64,000 bases of DNA from the human T2T-CHM13v2.0 reference genome, Homo sapiens: NCBI RefSeq assembly GCF_009914755.1, contig NC_060927.1; one strand, 5' to 3'. This document shows positions 37,416-50,159 of this stretch, one piece after another. The position numbers and the translations under genes are program-made. The notes under the pieces were generated by a model. It worked only from the letters and a program-made list of their open reading frames with translations, had not been told where the DNA came from and ran no database searches. Numbering within the stretch: the stretch's first letter is position 1; the number at the start of each line of letters is the position of its first letter.

Positions 37416-37722
37416 GGCTGGGTGTGGTGGCTCATGCCTGTAATCTCAGTACTTTGCGAGGCTGAGGTGGGTGGATCACCTTAGGTCAGGAGTTAGAGAA
37501 AAGACTGGCCAACATGGTGAAAACTTATCTAAAAATACAAAGATTAGCCGGGAGTGGTGGTACATGCCTGTAGTCCCAGCTGTTCGGGAGACTGAGACAG
37601 GAGAATCACTTGAACCCAGGAGGCGGAGGTTGCAGTGAGCCAAGATTGCACCACTGCACTGCGGCCTGGTTCCAGCCTGAGTGACAGAGTGAGACTCTCA
37701 AAAATAATAATAATAATAATAA
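37416..37722 (+). mobile_element. AluS (Sx-like), full length, (AAT)n tail
   Basis: ggctgggtgtggtggctcatgcctgtaatc...gtgacagagtgagactctcaaaaataataat. Confidence 0.95.
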
Positions 37723-37740
37723 TTTTTAAAAAATAGCTGA

Positions 37741-38036
<296 letters not shown>

Positions 38037-39204
38037 AGCTGATTATTTTTAAGACATGCATATTGAAGTAATTAGACATGAAATGGCATGATGCCTGGGT
38101 TTTGCTTTAAGTATTTCACTAATATCAAAGAAGAAAGAGAAGAAAGAGCTAGATGAAACAAATGTAAATTTATGACGACTGTTGAATCTGGGTGTTGAGT
38201 ACATGGGAGAATGTTATTGATTATTTTATAATTTGCTATAACAAAACATTTAAAAGGTTAAAAGTATTACAAGGTCTGTGAAATAGAGGAACAGACTACT
38301 CTGAAAGTACATGCTAGAGGACCTAGTCTAGGTGGGAGATCGAAAAAGACTTGTCTGATGAAATGGCTTTTAAGCTGTGGCTGAAAGGATGAAATGGATT
38401 TTTCAGACCCTTTCTCCTAAGGTACTTAAGGTACCTTCGTGAATCCGGCCATAGTTTTAGAATTACTTCTGCACTCTCTTGCTTAGAACATAGGATCCTA
38501 AGCCTGCCACCCAGGGCCTTCCAGGGCTGGCTCTCTTTACTGCTTTTAAATGGCTCATTTCCCCTGTATTGAGTATCTGCTCTGGGTGGCAAATCATTTT
38601 GTGTGAAATATATTCATTCACCTGTAGACACCTTACCATATCTCCAAGTGACTCTTTGAAATCTGACTATTTCTTTTATTTGTTGTGAATGATAGAGAGG
38701 AAATAGGAGGGCTATTTTAGGGTGGTCCAAAGTTGAATGAACTGCCTGGTAAATGTGACTGAATAACTAGCTTCCTTGCTATTTGCGACATCAGAATGCT
38801 TAGATCTATTTGATGCCAGCGGACTCAAGCCAGGTCCTCTGTGCTGTCATTTTTGTGCTGTAAATGAAGCTGTGGGGAGAAACATTTCCCCTATTAGAGC
38901 ACATTCATCCTCTATGCCCAACAGACGAAAGAGGATTTCATAGCTGTATAGCTGACTGGGCGAGGAAAATGCATTTTGCCTATAATTCAGTAAACAACCA
39001 GTCAAGTCAGTCTTTTAAATTTGATTTGCTTTGTAATGCCTTATTTACAGCAGTTTTCTCCACTGGTATTGACATTTAATTCCCAATGCTTATTGATACT
39101 TACCTTTACTATCATGCAGTATTACCTTGCATGTTTAACTTGCTTTGTGTACCACAAAGGGCTTTCATAACCATATCTCATTTAGCCCTCATAGCAACCT
39201 TGTG

Positions 39205-39410
39205 ATGTTTTTTCTTTCTTTCCTTCCCTTTCTTTTCCTCTACTTTTTTTCTCCCTTCCTCCCATCCATCTTCCTTGCCTCCCACTCGTTCCTCACTGCC
39301 TTGCCTTCTCTCCTTTTCCATTTCCTTTTCTTTCTTTCCTTTCATTCCATCATTCATTATTCTTTCTGTCCCTGTCTCCTTCCTTTGCCCCCTCCCTTCC
39401 TACCTTTCTT
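39205..39410. repeat. CT-rich low-complexity (polypyrimidine) tract
   Basis: About 200 bp of degenerate CTTT/CCTT repeats. Confidence 0.85.
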
Positions 39411-39454
39411 AATTGTAGCAAATATTTTTTAAAGTTTCGTTTGCAAGTTTGATA

Positions 39455-39580
39455 GCTTGAGTTCAAATCCTGGTTGTGTCATTCCCTATCTGTATGACCT
39501 TAGGTAAGTTACTTGAGCTTTAAGCTTGAATTTGCCCATTCATAAAATGAGCATCATAATAATGCACTTTCACAATGCAG
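39455..39580 (+). mobile_element. MIR (opposite-strand MIR pieces at about 39090-39200 and 39740-39830)
   Basis: gagttcaaatcctgg...tgtatgaccttaggtaagttactt...cataaaatgag. Confidence 0.7.
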
Positions 39581-40494
39581 TGAGTGCTTGTTTGTTTACT
39601 GGGTTCAGTCTCTGGCAGATGGAAAGCAATCAAAACTGTTTTCTATTATTGTTATTCCCATTACTTATTACACTGTTCAGATACAGCAATGACTGTGACC
39701 AATGTAATTAACAAGCCCATGGAGTTTTTAATAGGCCTGTCAAGAAAACTGAGGCATGCAGCTAGTAAGTGGCAGAACCAAGGTTTCAATTTGGACCTTG
39801 TTTTCAAGGTAAGAGCCTTCTTCGCTACTCTGCTTAATGCTTTAGACAAAAAATTATCAATAACTCAGAGTTCTTTTTTTCTGTTTTTAGAAAGTAGTCT
39901 CAGGATTTGTTATAATTCTATGTTGTTATTATACCTATATATATGTGTATCTAAAAAGAATTCCCTAATTACCGGATATGCAGAACTTGTTACTACACAG
40001 TTCAAATTCTTGCCCTTCAGGAGTTTGATACCTAAGAAAGAATAATTGAGTCAGTTATATTTTTGTAATTGAATATAATTTAAACCTGTCTTAGCTATCT
40101 GCCTATTGTCTGAAAAAAAATTTGATTCAAAATAATGTTTTTCCAAGTTTTGCTTATTTAATATAAGGCTATATTGGAAAAAATCCATAATTTCACATGA
40201 TGGCTACTTGCCTGTGACAGATGACTGCCTCGTGCCTTCAATAGGAAAAGTGGATGAGACTATTTAGAATTAGAGAATATCCTGATGATTTCATAAATTA
40301 TGGCAACCACGTAGAATGATTTTAACCTAAACCTCTTGTTCAGTAACAGTGCTTCCACTGGCAGCGTCTCATCATAACCTGTGGGTTGTAGGGTGTGTGT
40401 CCCATTGCCATGTTGGCACTGTGGTCGCACTGTACAAATGAATATTTATACATGCCAATCACTATATGCTTAAAATTTTTATGCACTCACCAAC

Positions 40495-40700
40495 TATAAC
40501 ATAGCAGTTAAGAATGGGTAACTTATAACTGCCAAAACCTCTGCTTTGCCCTTTGCTAGTTACATGAATTTTCTGAGCCTCAGTTTCTCATCTGTAAAAT
40601 TAACAATGGGTAATGACTTCATGGTGTTATTGCAAAGAATTAATAAGAAGTGCACATAAAACATTTTGTATAGAGTTTGGTATATACGGAAAAGTTATTA
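40495..40700 (+). mobile_element. MIR
   Basis: atagcagttaagaatggg...tctgagcctcagtttctcatctgtaaaat. Confidence 0.75.
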
Positions 40701-40829
40701 TTATTCATCTATTTATTCATTTTTTGAATACCTCATATATACTGGACGAAGGCCAAATGCTGGAGATGCAAAGGTGAATGATACCCTGTTTAGTTTACGT
40801 TCAGAGTTCACAAAAGATGGTATAAAAAA

Positions 40830-41420
40830 TATTTTCAGATAGCAAGTCAAGATTACGGAAAAAAGTGATCATCGCTCAAAGTTTCCCGGTTCACACAGTT
40901 GCAGCAATATATGTCAATTATATAGTCTGACAAGGCATTTAATTTTGCCGTATGTATTTCGGTAACTGATTTCAGATCTGACAGTTTCCTTTAAGGTGCA
41001 GTGTCTGATGCTTCCATTTATTTCAAAGAATTGTCTTTCAAACAATACTCTGCAAAAGTTGTATGTTAGAACATTATCAAGTAACCTAATGCAATTAGAG
41101 CTCACCGTTGCTGATGTGATCAATGAAAACCTCTAGCCTTTGACTATAACACGGAATAATTTATAGTTAAACTCCACTGGATTTTTCACATTAGATTCCA
41201 TGTTATTTTAGCTGAGTAGGAACTTTACAGAGCCTCAAGGCGCTCAGAAAATATAAGCAATTGAAAAAAGAAAACAGAGACCGACAGCCTTACCAAAAAG
41301 CAATCAAATTTGAAATTTAACAGAAACTTGGCAGTCACATATTGTTATGACACCACTTACTATCAAATCAGTACTGGCCATAAACTGGGTTTGTTAATTA
41401 TTACAGCCTCTTACTTCTGT
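40830..41420. promoter_or_regulatory. Candidate enhancer / conserved non-coding element
   Basis: No recognisable repeat; 9 CpGs in AT-rich DNA; TAATgcaATTA, TGACAG, TTCAAAG and AACAAT motifs. Function is inferred only. Confidence 0.42.
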
Positions 41421-41697
41421 GTGGAGGTCAAATGGGGAAGAAAAAAAAGATGGTCATAAACTAAAGACTCAGAAGGGCATATGCCAGTTTCGCTGGAAAA
41501 TATTTGCTGGCTTCAGGGCATAGCAGTGCACATCCTCCCAATTAATAGCGTCTTTCCCTCATCAGCGATGCCAGTAGAAGAAGGCACATGTTCTAGTTTC
41601 TTTGTTTGCAAATTAGAGAATATTGGAAAATTATCCTGTACTTTAAAGATCAAAACCAAAATGGCCTGGCCAATCTGGGTTGATGCTTCAGTTTCTT

Positions 41698-41991
41698 TTT
41701 TTTTTCTTTTCCTTTCTTTTAGAGACGGGGTCTCACTCTTTCACCTAGGCTGGAGTGCACTGGTGTGTTTATAGCTCACTGCAACCTCCAACTCCTGGGC
41801 ACAAATGATCCCTCACTTCAGCCTCCCGAGTAGCTTGGACTACAGGCACATGCTTGGCTATTTTTTTTTATTTTTATTTTTTTGTAGAGCCAGGTGTCTT
41901 GCTTTGCGGCCAAACTGGTCTCTAACTCCTGGCCTCCGGCACTTTGGCCTCTCAAAGTGCTGGGATTACCGGTATGGCCACCATGCCAGGC
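41698..41991 (-). mobile_element. AluJ with TSD
   Basis: gagacggggtctcactct...tatagctcactgcaacc...; TSD gcttcagtttctt on both sides. Confidence 0.93.
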
Positions 41992-42279
41992 TTCAGTTTC
42001 TTCGAAATGAAAACAGAGTTTAAGTGAAATACAACATGAGAAATTTGAAGTGAATTCATCTGATAAGCCAAGTAATTTACAGAAATGATCCATGAAGATA
42101 ATGTGCAATGAAGAACAGATGCCAAATTACACTGGATATTTTCTGTTTTCAGGGATAAACAATCAGTGGATCTTTTTCCCAGTGCTGGTTTGCTTGTCTC
42201 CTTGCTTCCTAACATCACCTTCGTTGCCTGAATCCTTTCCTCCATCTTAAATGAACCATTTTTTCTTTTATCCAGCTAA

Positions 42280-42720
42280 TCTGAGCAGTGTAGTGCCAAT
42301 GTACATTTCCAGACTAATTTTCCAGCTATTCCCTTTCCACTCATTCTGATTTCTGGCTTTGTAGGACTTTTACTTCCTCTGATGACCTTTTACCGTGATC
42401 ACACTTTGACATTGACCATCACTCTCTGCTGTGCTTATTTTTGCTGTGTAATAAAGTCTTACTCATTCTCCTCCAAGACCCATTTCTAACATTCCCTCCT
42501 CTATGAGGCCTTGGGTGCTGTCTACAGGTTACTTGTCCCTTCGCTGTTCACATTATCCTACATTTGTTCATGTGGTTTGTGTCTGCCCAAGTGGACTGTG
42601 AACTCCATGAGAGACAGAACCTAATCTCATTCACTTTTGTATTTCTGGGACCCGGCACAGGACTGGCACAAAGTAGGCGTTTTATAGATGTTTGCTGGAT
42701 ACTGGGCTGCTGTGTATGTT
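42280..42720 (+). mobile_element. L2 3' region
   Basis: ggactgtgaactccatgagagacagaacc...ggcacaggactggcacaaagtaggcg. Confidence 0.7.
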
Positions 42721-42734
42721 GGTTAGCATCTTGC

Positions 42735-42930
42735 ACAAAGACATCTAGCCAAGGGAAAGGGCACTAAAATCCAGCTCATGACCATATGTATCTTGGTCAC
42801 GATACAACCCTAAGGAGGGGCACCTCTCTTAACCCTAAGGAGGGGCACCTGTTTTGTAATTTCTTTACCCAGAAGGGCCCCTTTATGCAATTTCCATAGG
42901 GACATAGTATGTGCTAGTAACTGACCTTGT
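42735..42930. mobile_element. MER91-like hAT-Tip100 relic containing a 20-bp direct duplication
   Basis: ggggcacct...tgtaattt...gtgctagtaactgaccttg; aaccctaaggaggggcacct occurs twice. Confidence 0.4.
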
Positions 42931-43977
42931 TGAATGGATGTATAAAGAAACAAGTGAATGAAGTTTCCCGTAATCCTCTACAGCTATTAATAATACAAAA
43001 CAAATAATCAAAAAGACAAAAGAAGCCTTTTCACAAGACTAAAATCATCTAGTCCAGTTATCAAAACTGATCAAATTCGGCACTGCTCACCTTATATGCT
43101 ATTCAACTTCTGTTTGACTAATTCTGTGAAGAATAAATCCTCACATTTGCATCTTAGGTTGGATAATTCTCTTGGCAGTGGTATCTGAATAGTATTATTT
43201 TGAATGCAAGCATTTTTTATGACTATGATTTTTTATATTGGGACTGTCTATCTTTCTGTCCTACACATTAGTGATACCTCTTGGACATTCTGTAGGGATA
43301 CTGAAACGTGTCTACAAATGGTTCATGGTCTATTATGTAAGCTTCTTTGTGCTCAGTTGTAAAAAAGGATGGTCCTAAGGTCTTAATTATATGAGTCATT
43401 ACAATTTTAAAAAATTCCTAGGTAGAAGTCAGGCTATTTAGTTGATTTAAAAATATTTTTGCTAGAATGGATTTCTTCTAGCATGTTGAAAGTGCTGAAT
43501 CCCATGTTGTAACACCTCACCAGAAATTATCAGTAGACCAGAAGGTAATGTTGATTATGATCTCATTTATTCATCCATTCATTCACACATTCATTTACTA
43601 AAAAATTACTTACATTTCTCCAGTGCTTAATGTAATGCTTAACATATAGTAGACAATGAATTTGTGTTGACTTGAATTTATTCATATATGCATTCTTTCA
43701 TTCTCTTATCAATATTTATGGGGCTGCTACCTCAGGCCAGACATTATGTGATCAGTGCAGATACAGCTTCTTGGCCTGTGGAAGCATCACGCCAATCCCT
43801 GTCTTCATGTTCACATGTTGTTCACCCAGAGTATGTCTCTGGATCCAAACTGTATCTGCATTTTCTTTATCTGCGTTGATCACTAATGTAGTTCCAGGAC
43901 TTAACATAATGCTTAAAATAATTGATATATTTTATAGTTCCCTCTCTGAATGACAGCAGGCTTTATGAGGCATTTAA

Positions 43978-44157
43978 TGAGTGATTGTCAGTCCTGGCTG
44001 CACATTAGAACCACCTAAGGTGCCTCTTAAAAATACCAATACCTGGGGCTTAACCCAGACCAATTAAATCAACATCAGTGAAGGTGAGACCCAGGCATAG
44101 CTAATTTTTAAAGCTCCCCAGGATATTGTGAGCTCCACCCAACGTTGACAATTACTG
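43978..44157. mobile_element. MER5A1/MER5B
   Basis: cctggctgcacattagaaccacct...cccagaccaattaaatca...tttttaaagctccccagg. Confidence 0.8.
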
Positions 44158-44202
44158 AGTTATTCTGTGCCCTTTTTTTTTATGTCACTGGTTAATGTCA
44201 CT

Positions 44203-44768
44203 TCTCTGGGTTGAATTATATCCCTCCAAGATTTATAGGTTGAAGTCCTAACCCCCAGTACCTCAGAATGTAATTACCTTGTAGAGGTAATCAAGTTAAA
44301 ATAGGACATTAGAAGGAGTTCTAACTTATGTCCTTATAAAAAGAAGTTTGGATCCAGAGACACACACAGGATGAATGCCATGTGGACACAAAGACAGATA
44401 TTGGGGTGATGCTACCACAGGCCAAGGAATACCAAGGCAAACCCGCAGAAGCCAGGAGAGAGGGACGGAACAGAGTCCTCCCTCGAAGTCTTCAGAAGGA
44501 ATCAACCCTTGCAGTACACGTGTATTTTGGACTTGTAGCCTGCAGAACGATCAGAAAATAAATTTCCTTATTTATTTATTTTTTTTGTAGAGACAGGGTT
44601 TTAACATGTTGCCTAGGCAGGTCTTGAACTCTTGAGCTCAAGTGACCTGCCCTCCTCAGCCTCCCAAAGTGCTGGGATTACACTGCCCCTGGCCAATTTC
44701 TGTTTTTCGGGCTCCCTCCACCCCCGACCATGTGGCACTTTGTTATAGCAGCCCTAGTGAACAGTACA
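44203..44768 (+). mobile_element. MLT1B LTR interrupted by a FLAM
   Basis: gggttgaattatatccctcc...ttgaagtcctaacccccagtacctcagaatgt...tgtggcactttgttatagcagccctag. Confidence 0.88.
44567..44694 (-). mobile_element. FLAM_C / Alu left monomer
   Basis: gtagagacagggttttaacatgttgcctagg...ctcccaaagtgctgggattaca; TSD aatttc. Confidence 0.88.
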
Positions 44769-44929
44769 ATCAGCGCCTTTATAAATGCGTTTTTTAAAGA
44801 GCTAACTTTAAAATGTTCTGCTTCCTTCAGTCCCCATTCCCTTCTGAAAATGGACCATCTCCCGTCTCTGAGCCCAGACCAGATGCTATCTCTCTACTTC
44901 TTCCAAGGTGGCCTTATCTTTACTAAGAG

Positions 44930-45650
44930 TCAGTGTTGAAACATGCATGACCAGCCCACCTGGAGCTAGAGACTTACAGGCTGACTCCATGATGAATAAT
45001 CAATGTGCGATAATTCCACTTGCCAAGCAAAGCTCGGCGTAGACAGCGGCTGCTTCTGGCAGATCGATAAAGTACTTGAAGACACTTGTTTCAGTGGCTC
45101 TTTGAATTCCGCATCATCATTTGATTTGCTCCGATAACATTCAAGTCTTGCCTCTTTAAGTTATTGTTTTAGCAAATTCAATTTACAATTACTTTCCATA
45201 TGAAAAGCTTAAGAGATTCAGTTTAATGCCTTATTAGCTGTAAAATCAACTGCTGTTTCAACTACGCGGTGTGAGGAGCAGTGAAAAGGCTTCGGTTCTT
45301 GGCGAAACTTTCCCTCTGGGCTTCTGACGAGGGGCAGCTTCTTCAGTTGTGGAGCTATCTTCACAATACCTGCTTTCTAAGCTCCTAGTCATTGGACCCA
45401 AATTCAAATTACATTTCCCTCCCGTGTCAGGGATTTCTGGGGTAAAAATAAGCTACTTTGAAGACAGGTTGCTCTCAGCAGGGATTTTTTGCTCATCAAA
45501 TGTGATCCATGCAACAGGCACCTTTGAAAACTCACCATGACGCCGATTTTATTTTTAAATGGAGGGACTAAATGGCCATTACAGGAAGTCGGCCTGAGTG
45601 GAGTGGGGGTTGGGGGGAGAGAGTTTATTACTGTTGTTTGAATCATTTAT
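44930..45650. promoter_or_regulatory. Candidate enhancer / conserved non-coding element
   Basis: No recognisable repeat; 16 CpGs counted in about 600 bp; homeodomain, TCF and ETS-like motifs. Function is inferred only. Confidence 0.45.
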
Positions 45651-45719
45651 AATAATGTACTTTTGTGTCTCTGGATAACTACATGTTAGGAGTGAAGAAA
45701 ATCCTCACTACATGAAATA

Positions 45720-46240
45720 TAAAAGACCTTCTTACTATGGTGTGCAAAGTCCTGTAAGCTCTTTCCAGCACCTGCTGCTTGGACCTCCTCTTCAGTCATG
45801 CACCCCTAGTTCATTGTCCTCCTGCTCGAGTCCTTCCTGCCCCCATGCGTAGAAGCCTGATGCCACCTCATGGCCTTTGTATCTCTCGATCGAATGCTGT
45901 TCCCTCACATATTTGCCTGGCTGTCATATCTTCTTCTGATTAAATGTCACCAAACTAGTAAAGCCTTCTTTAATCATCTTCTCCCTCCCTGCCCACCTCA
46001 GTCACCCTCTGTTCCTTTATCTTGTTTTGTTTTTATCACAGTATTCACCTCTTTTTGCGTGAAATTATTATTTATTTGTCTGTTTTCTAATTGTCAGTCT
46101 TGCCCCTCTCTGCCCTCAGATGTGAGAATGTAAACTTTGTGGGAGAAGGGACCTTTGTCAATGTTCACCTCTGTTTTTCCAGTGCCAATTGATGGGCACA
46201 AGGTTGGCATTGAATGAATAGTTGTGGGTGAATAAATGAC
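45720..46240 (+). mobile_element. L2 3' region
   Basis: tccttactatgg...gcctttg...gaatgctgttccc...gaatgtaaactttgtgggagaagggacc...gaatagttgtgggtgaataaatga. Confidence 0.7.
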
Positions 46241-46247
46241 AGAAACA

Positions 46248-46958
<711 letters not shown>

Positions 46959-49075
46959 AGCCCCAAGTGATATATTTTTTGTGGGAAAGCTCATTCTGAC
47001 CTACATATGAGTGGCAGGTTTTGGAACATAAGATTCATATCTTATATATTCATATCCCAGACATTTGCATTTGTGCCACCTGTCATAATACCCTGCACAC
47101 TATAAACAATAAATGCCTCCTTGGTTTTGCTGTTGCTACTGTACTTACATCGCTATATTTAGGATAAATTTTCATGTTTACACACACATCAGTGGATGTG
47201 CAGGGATTATCCAAAGACCTTAGTACATCATTTCAAGAAAATGGGAGTGAATTCGGGAATAAATTATATTGATTTTACTTCAGACATTTAAATTTGTTTC
47301 ATCTATTGCTTTTGCTGTGGAAGAATTGATTTCAACAAGGCAGACAGAGAAAAAATAAATTGGTTTTATTGAATTCACAGTGACCTGATTAAAAAAATAG
47401 TCATTGCAAGAAAAATGATCTTACTTCCTATTTTATTACAGATTTTTTTCCTTCAAAAATTTATTGGTTTAATATAGTAAGTGAAGAAGATGATGAATTT
47501 TATTTAGCATTGTGCAGAATGGTTTGGGGGCTGTTAGAAAACACATTTCTTGAACTATTTCTTATTCAGATGATTGTAAAGATTATTTTGATTAAGAAGG
47601 CACCTCTCGCTGTTTGATGCTTTTATACTGAATGAAAAACAGTCCAAAGGTCTGTAAGACAATTCACATTGGTACAGATTTAGATCATTATTTCCTGAAA
47701 AGAAATGTTGAAATGTTAGTTACTACTCAAATTCTTTTCTTAAAACAAAATGAAACATTCGAGTTTGACTTAGAAAATTACTAGACTGCAGAAGGGAATA
47801 GAGAAGAAAGCAAAAATCACCTGATGTCTTTAAACTTCACCTTGAGTGTTTACAATTCAGAAATAACATTCAATGTTCAATTAAAATTTGAATGTCTCTA
47901 TTTGTACTCAGGAGATGAATAGATTTGGATATACTTTCTGATAATTCCTTCACTGTCCAAACTGCTGCTACTTACTATCTGAAATCAGGAACTAAATAGA
48001 TTTGGGAAAACACAGAGTCCTTTGTTATCTGAACTTGCTGTGCAAACTCCCAATAACTGAGAACTGATTTGGATAGCAAGAGATACTTGGATATAGGTTA
48101 TCTATACTCTTTAATGACATTGGTAACCCTCTGATCCCATTGTCTATACTGTTTGTAAGTTACTCTTTTCACTCGAAAATATACTGTGAAAGGAAGATTG
48201 CAGCTGGGGAGCATAGTTTGTCAATCTCTCTAAATCCACACATAAAAACAGAGCAACTGGACAGCAAAACCCTCATACAATGTTTAGCACAAAACCACGT
48301 CACAAGGTCTCTTCACAAACTCCATATCCACTCCATGGGGTGAAATGTGTGTAAACAAGCAATAAACATGGTGTGATAAATGCTCTGTTCTGAGCTCCCT
48401 TGAGATGAGATCAGAGTACAGGGAGTTCCTTAAAGACTTCGCGGAGCTTCAAAGAGTATTTACAAAGAAAAACGGCATAATAGCAACTTAGGGGACAACT
48501 TTCACATGCACAGTTCTTCATTCAGCATTCCCCACATGCTTCTTATGTTTAGTTTACTCATTCAGACATTTTTTCCCTTGTCAAACTTTGTTTGCATGGT
48601 CAGTATAGTACTAGTTGTACATATCTGGTATGAAGTTTTAAGAGTTGCTTTTTACTTTTGTAAGATCAATTATGGATCTTTCAGGAGAATATGTGATCTT
48701 GTAGATATATCAAGGTGGATTGTAAAGACTACTGAATCTAATCCTTAGTTAAAGTCGGATTCATTCTTTGTCTACTCAACGCTGACTTTACTTTTAAACA
48801 ATGTTTTTCAACCAAGGGCACTATACACACAAATAATTGCAAGTTTTAAATATTATTTGATGTTTAGATGCAAAAGGAGACAATGGTTAAACCCATTACT
48901 CTTATCCTTTAGCCCTTGATATATTTCATCTTATGTTAGATAGAGTTTAAGAGACTACTAACTAGTTACAAAAGCTTGTATTGTTTCTTTATTATAGAAG
49001 TAACTCATGTTAATTTCAGAAAAAAATATAGAATACATATTAAGAATGGGATAAAAGATTACCCAGGATTCCAAT

Positions 49076-49227
49076 TTGTTGTTGTTGTTGTTTAGAAACC
49101 GGGTCTTGCTCTGTCGCCTAGGCAGGAGTGCAGTGGCATCTTCTTAGCTCCCTGCAACCTCAAACTCCTGGGCTCAAGTGATACTCTCGCGTCAGCCTCC
49201 CAAAGTGTTGGGATTACATGCCTGGCC
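49076..49227 (-). mobile_element. Alu monomer (FAM/FRAM-like or collapsed AluJ)
   Basis: (TTG)n tail, gggtcttgctctgtcgcctagg...ctcccaaagtgttgggattaca. Confidence 0.85.
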
Positions 49228-49229
49228 TC

Positions 49230-49870
49230 ATTTTCCACTTTTTGACAGTGATTGCTATTAATGTTTTAGTATTTATCTTCTTACAGAGTTTTTAATGCAA
49301 ATGTATTGTTTTACCAAAATGAGATCATGATTTATATTCTGTTTTTTAACCTTTTTCTTTTTAAAATTTCAATAAATAATGCTCTGCAGCTTTGTTTTCA
49401 ATGACTTCATAGTATTTTATCGTATGGATGTACCATAATAAATTCACTGATTATTTATTATTGTTAAATATTTTGATTGTTTCCAAAATATCAAAGTTTT
49501 TTACTTACGAGGTTGCAGTGAGCCGAGAGTGCACCATTGCATTGCAGCCTGGATGACAAGAGCAAGACTATGTCTCATAAAAAAAAATAAAAAAATAAGT
49601 TGTAATAAAAAGCTGCACATTTATTTTGGCTAATATGTCCAATTGCTTAGCTAAGAGTAACTAACAGACATGGAATTTATGGAAAAAAATGTACATTTTA
49701 ATGTTTTCAATCAGATTACCAAAGGCCCTTCAAACTGTAACATTTTATCTCTAACTAGTAGTATATTATGATGCTCTTTCATTCATACCTTTACAAGTAA
49801 TGGGCTTTTTCTCATTGTTATTTTAATTTTTGTTTGCTTAACTATTAGTAAGGTCGAACATTTTTGTTAG
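49230..49870 (-). mobile_element. L1ME-type fragment
   Basis: catagtattttatcgtatggatgtaccataat...tattttgattgtttcc; T-rich. Confidence 0.55.
49508..49597 (+). mobile_element. Alu 3' fragment (Sq/Sp-like)
   Basis: gaggttgcagtgagccgagagtgcaccattgcattgcagcctggatgacaagagc followed by an A-tail. Confidence 0.9.
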
Positions 49871-50159
49871 TTTATATTTATTATATACTAGTAAACCAAA
49901 GGAGGAGTTAATAGTAAATGAAAAGAGCTTAATTAAATTAAGCCATGGAGAGCTTATTGACTGGTCCCTCACTCAGCGATTTAGTATATAAATAGAAGAC
50001 TTTTAAAATAAACTTTGGCTTACCTATGTTGAAATAATATGCTGCTTTGAAAAGGAATTCAGTAGCCCCCTATGTACTGAAGAACAAAAAATGTATGAGA
50101 CACATTGTCAAGTGTCTTAATACTTAACATAAAAAAGTCACAAGGTACAACTTAAAAAG

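Noticed and set aside
39584-40045. Longest ORF (153 aa)
   Set aside because: It is a low-complexity L/F/S-rich product that crosses a MIR fragment and lacks an ATG start.
47420-47485. Possible 35-nt plus-strand micro-exon (ttattacag...ata|gtaagt)
   Set aside because: The body is extremely AT-rich, the exonic donor context is weak and the length is frame-shifting, so it is probably a chance match.
49508-49597. Alu 3' fragment starting at the same gaggttgcagtg motif where the Alu at 3431-3657 stops
   Set aside because: The two are 46 kb apart with ancient elements between them, so they cannot be one split Alu. The 3' piece is an ordinary 5'-truncated insertion.
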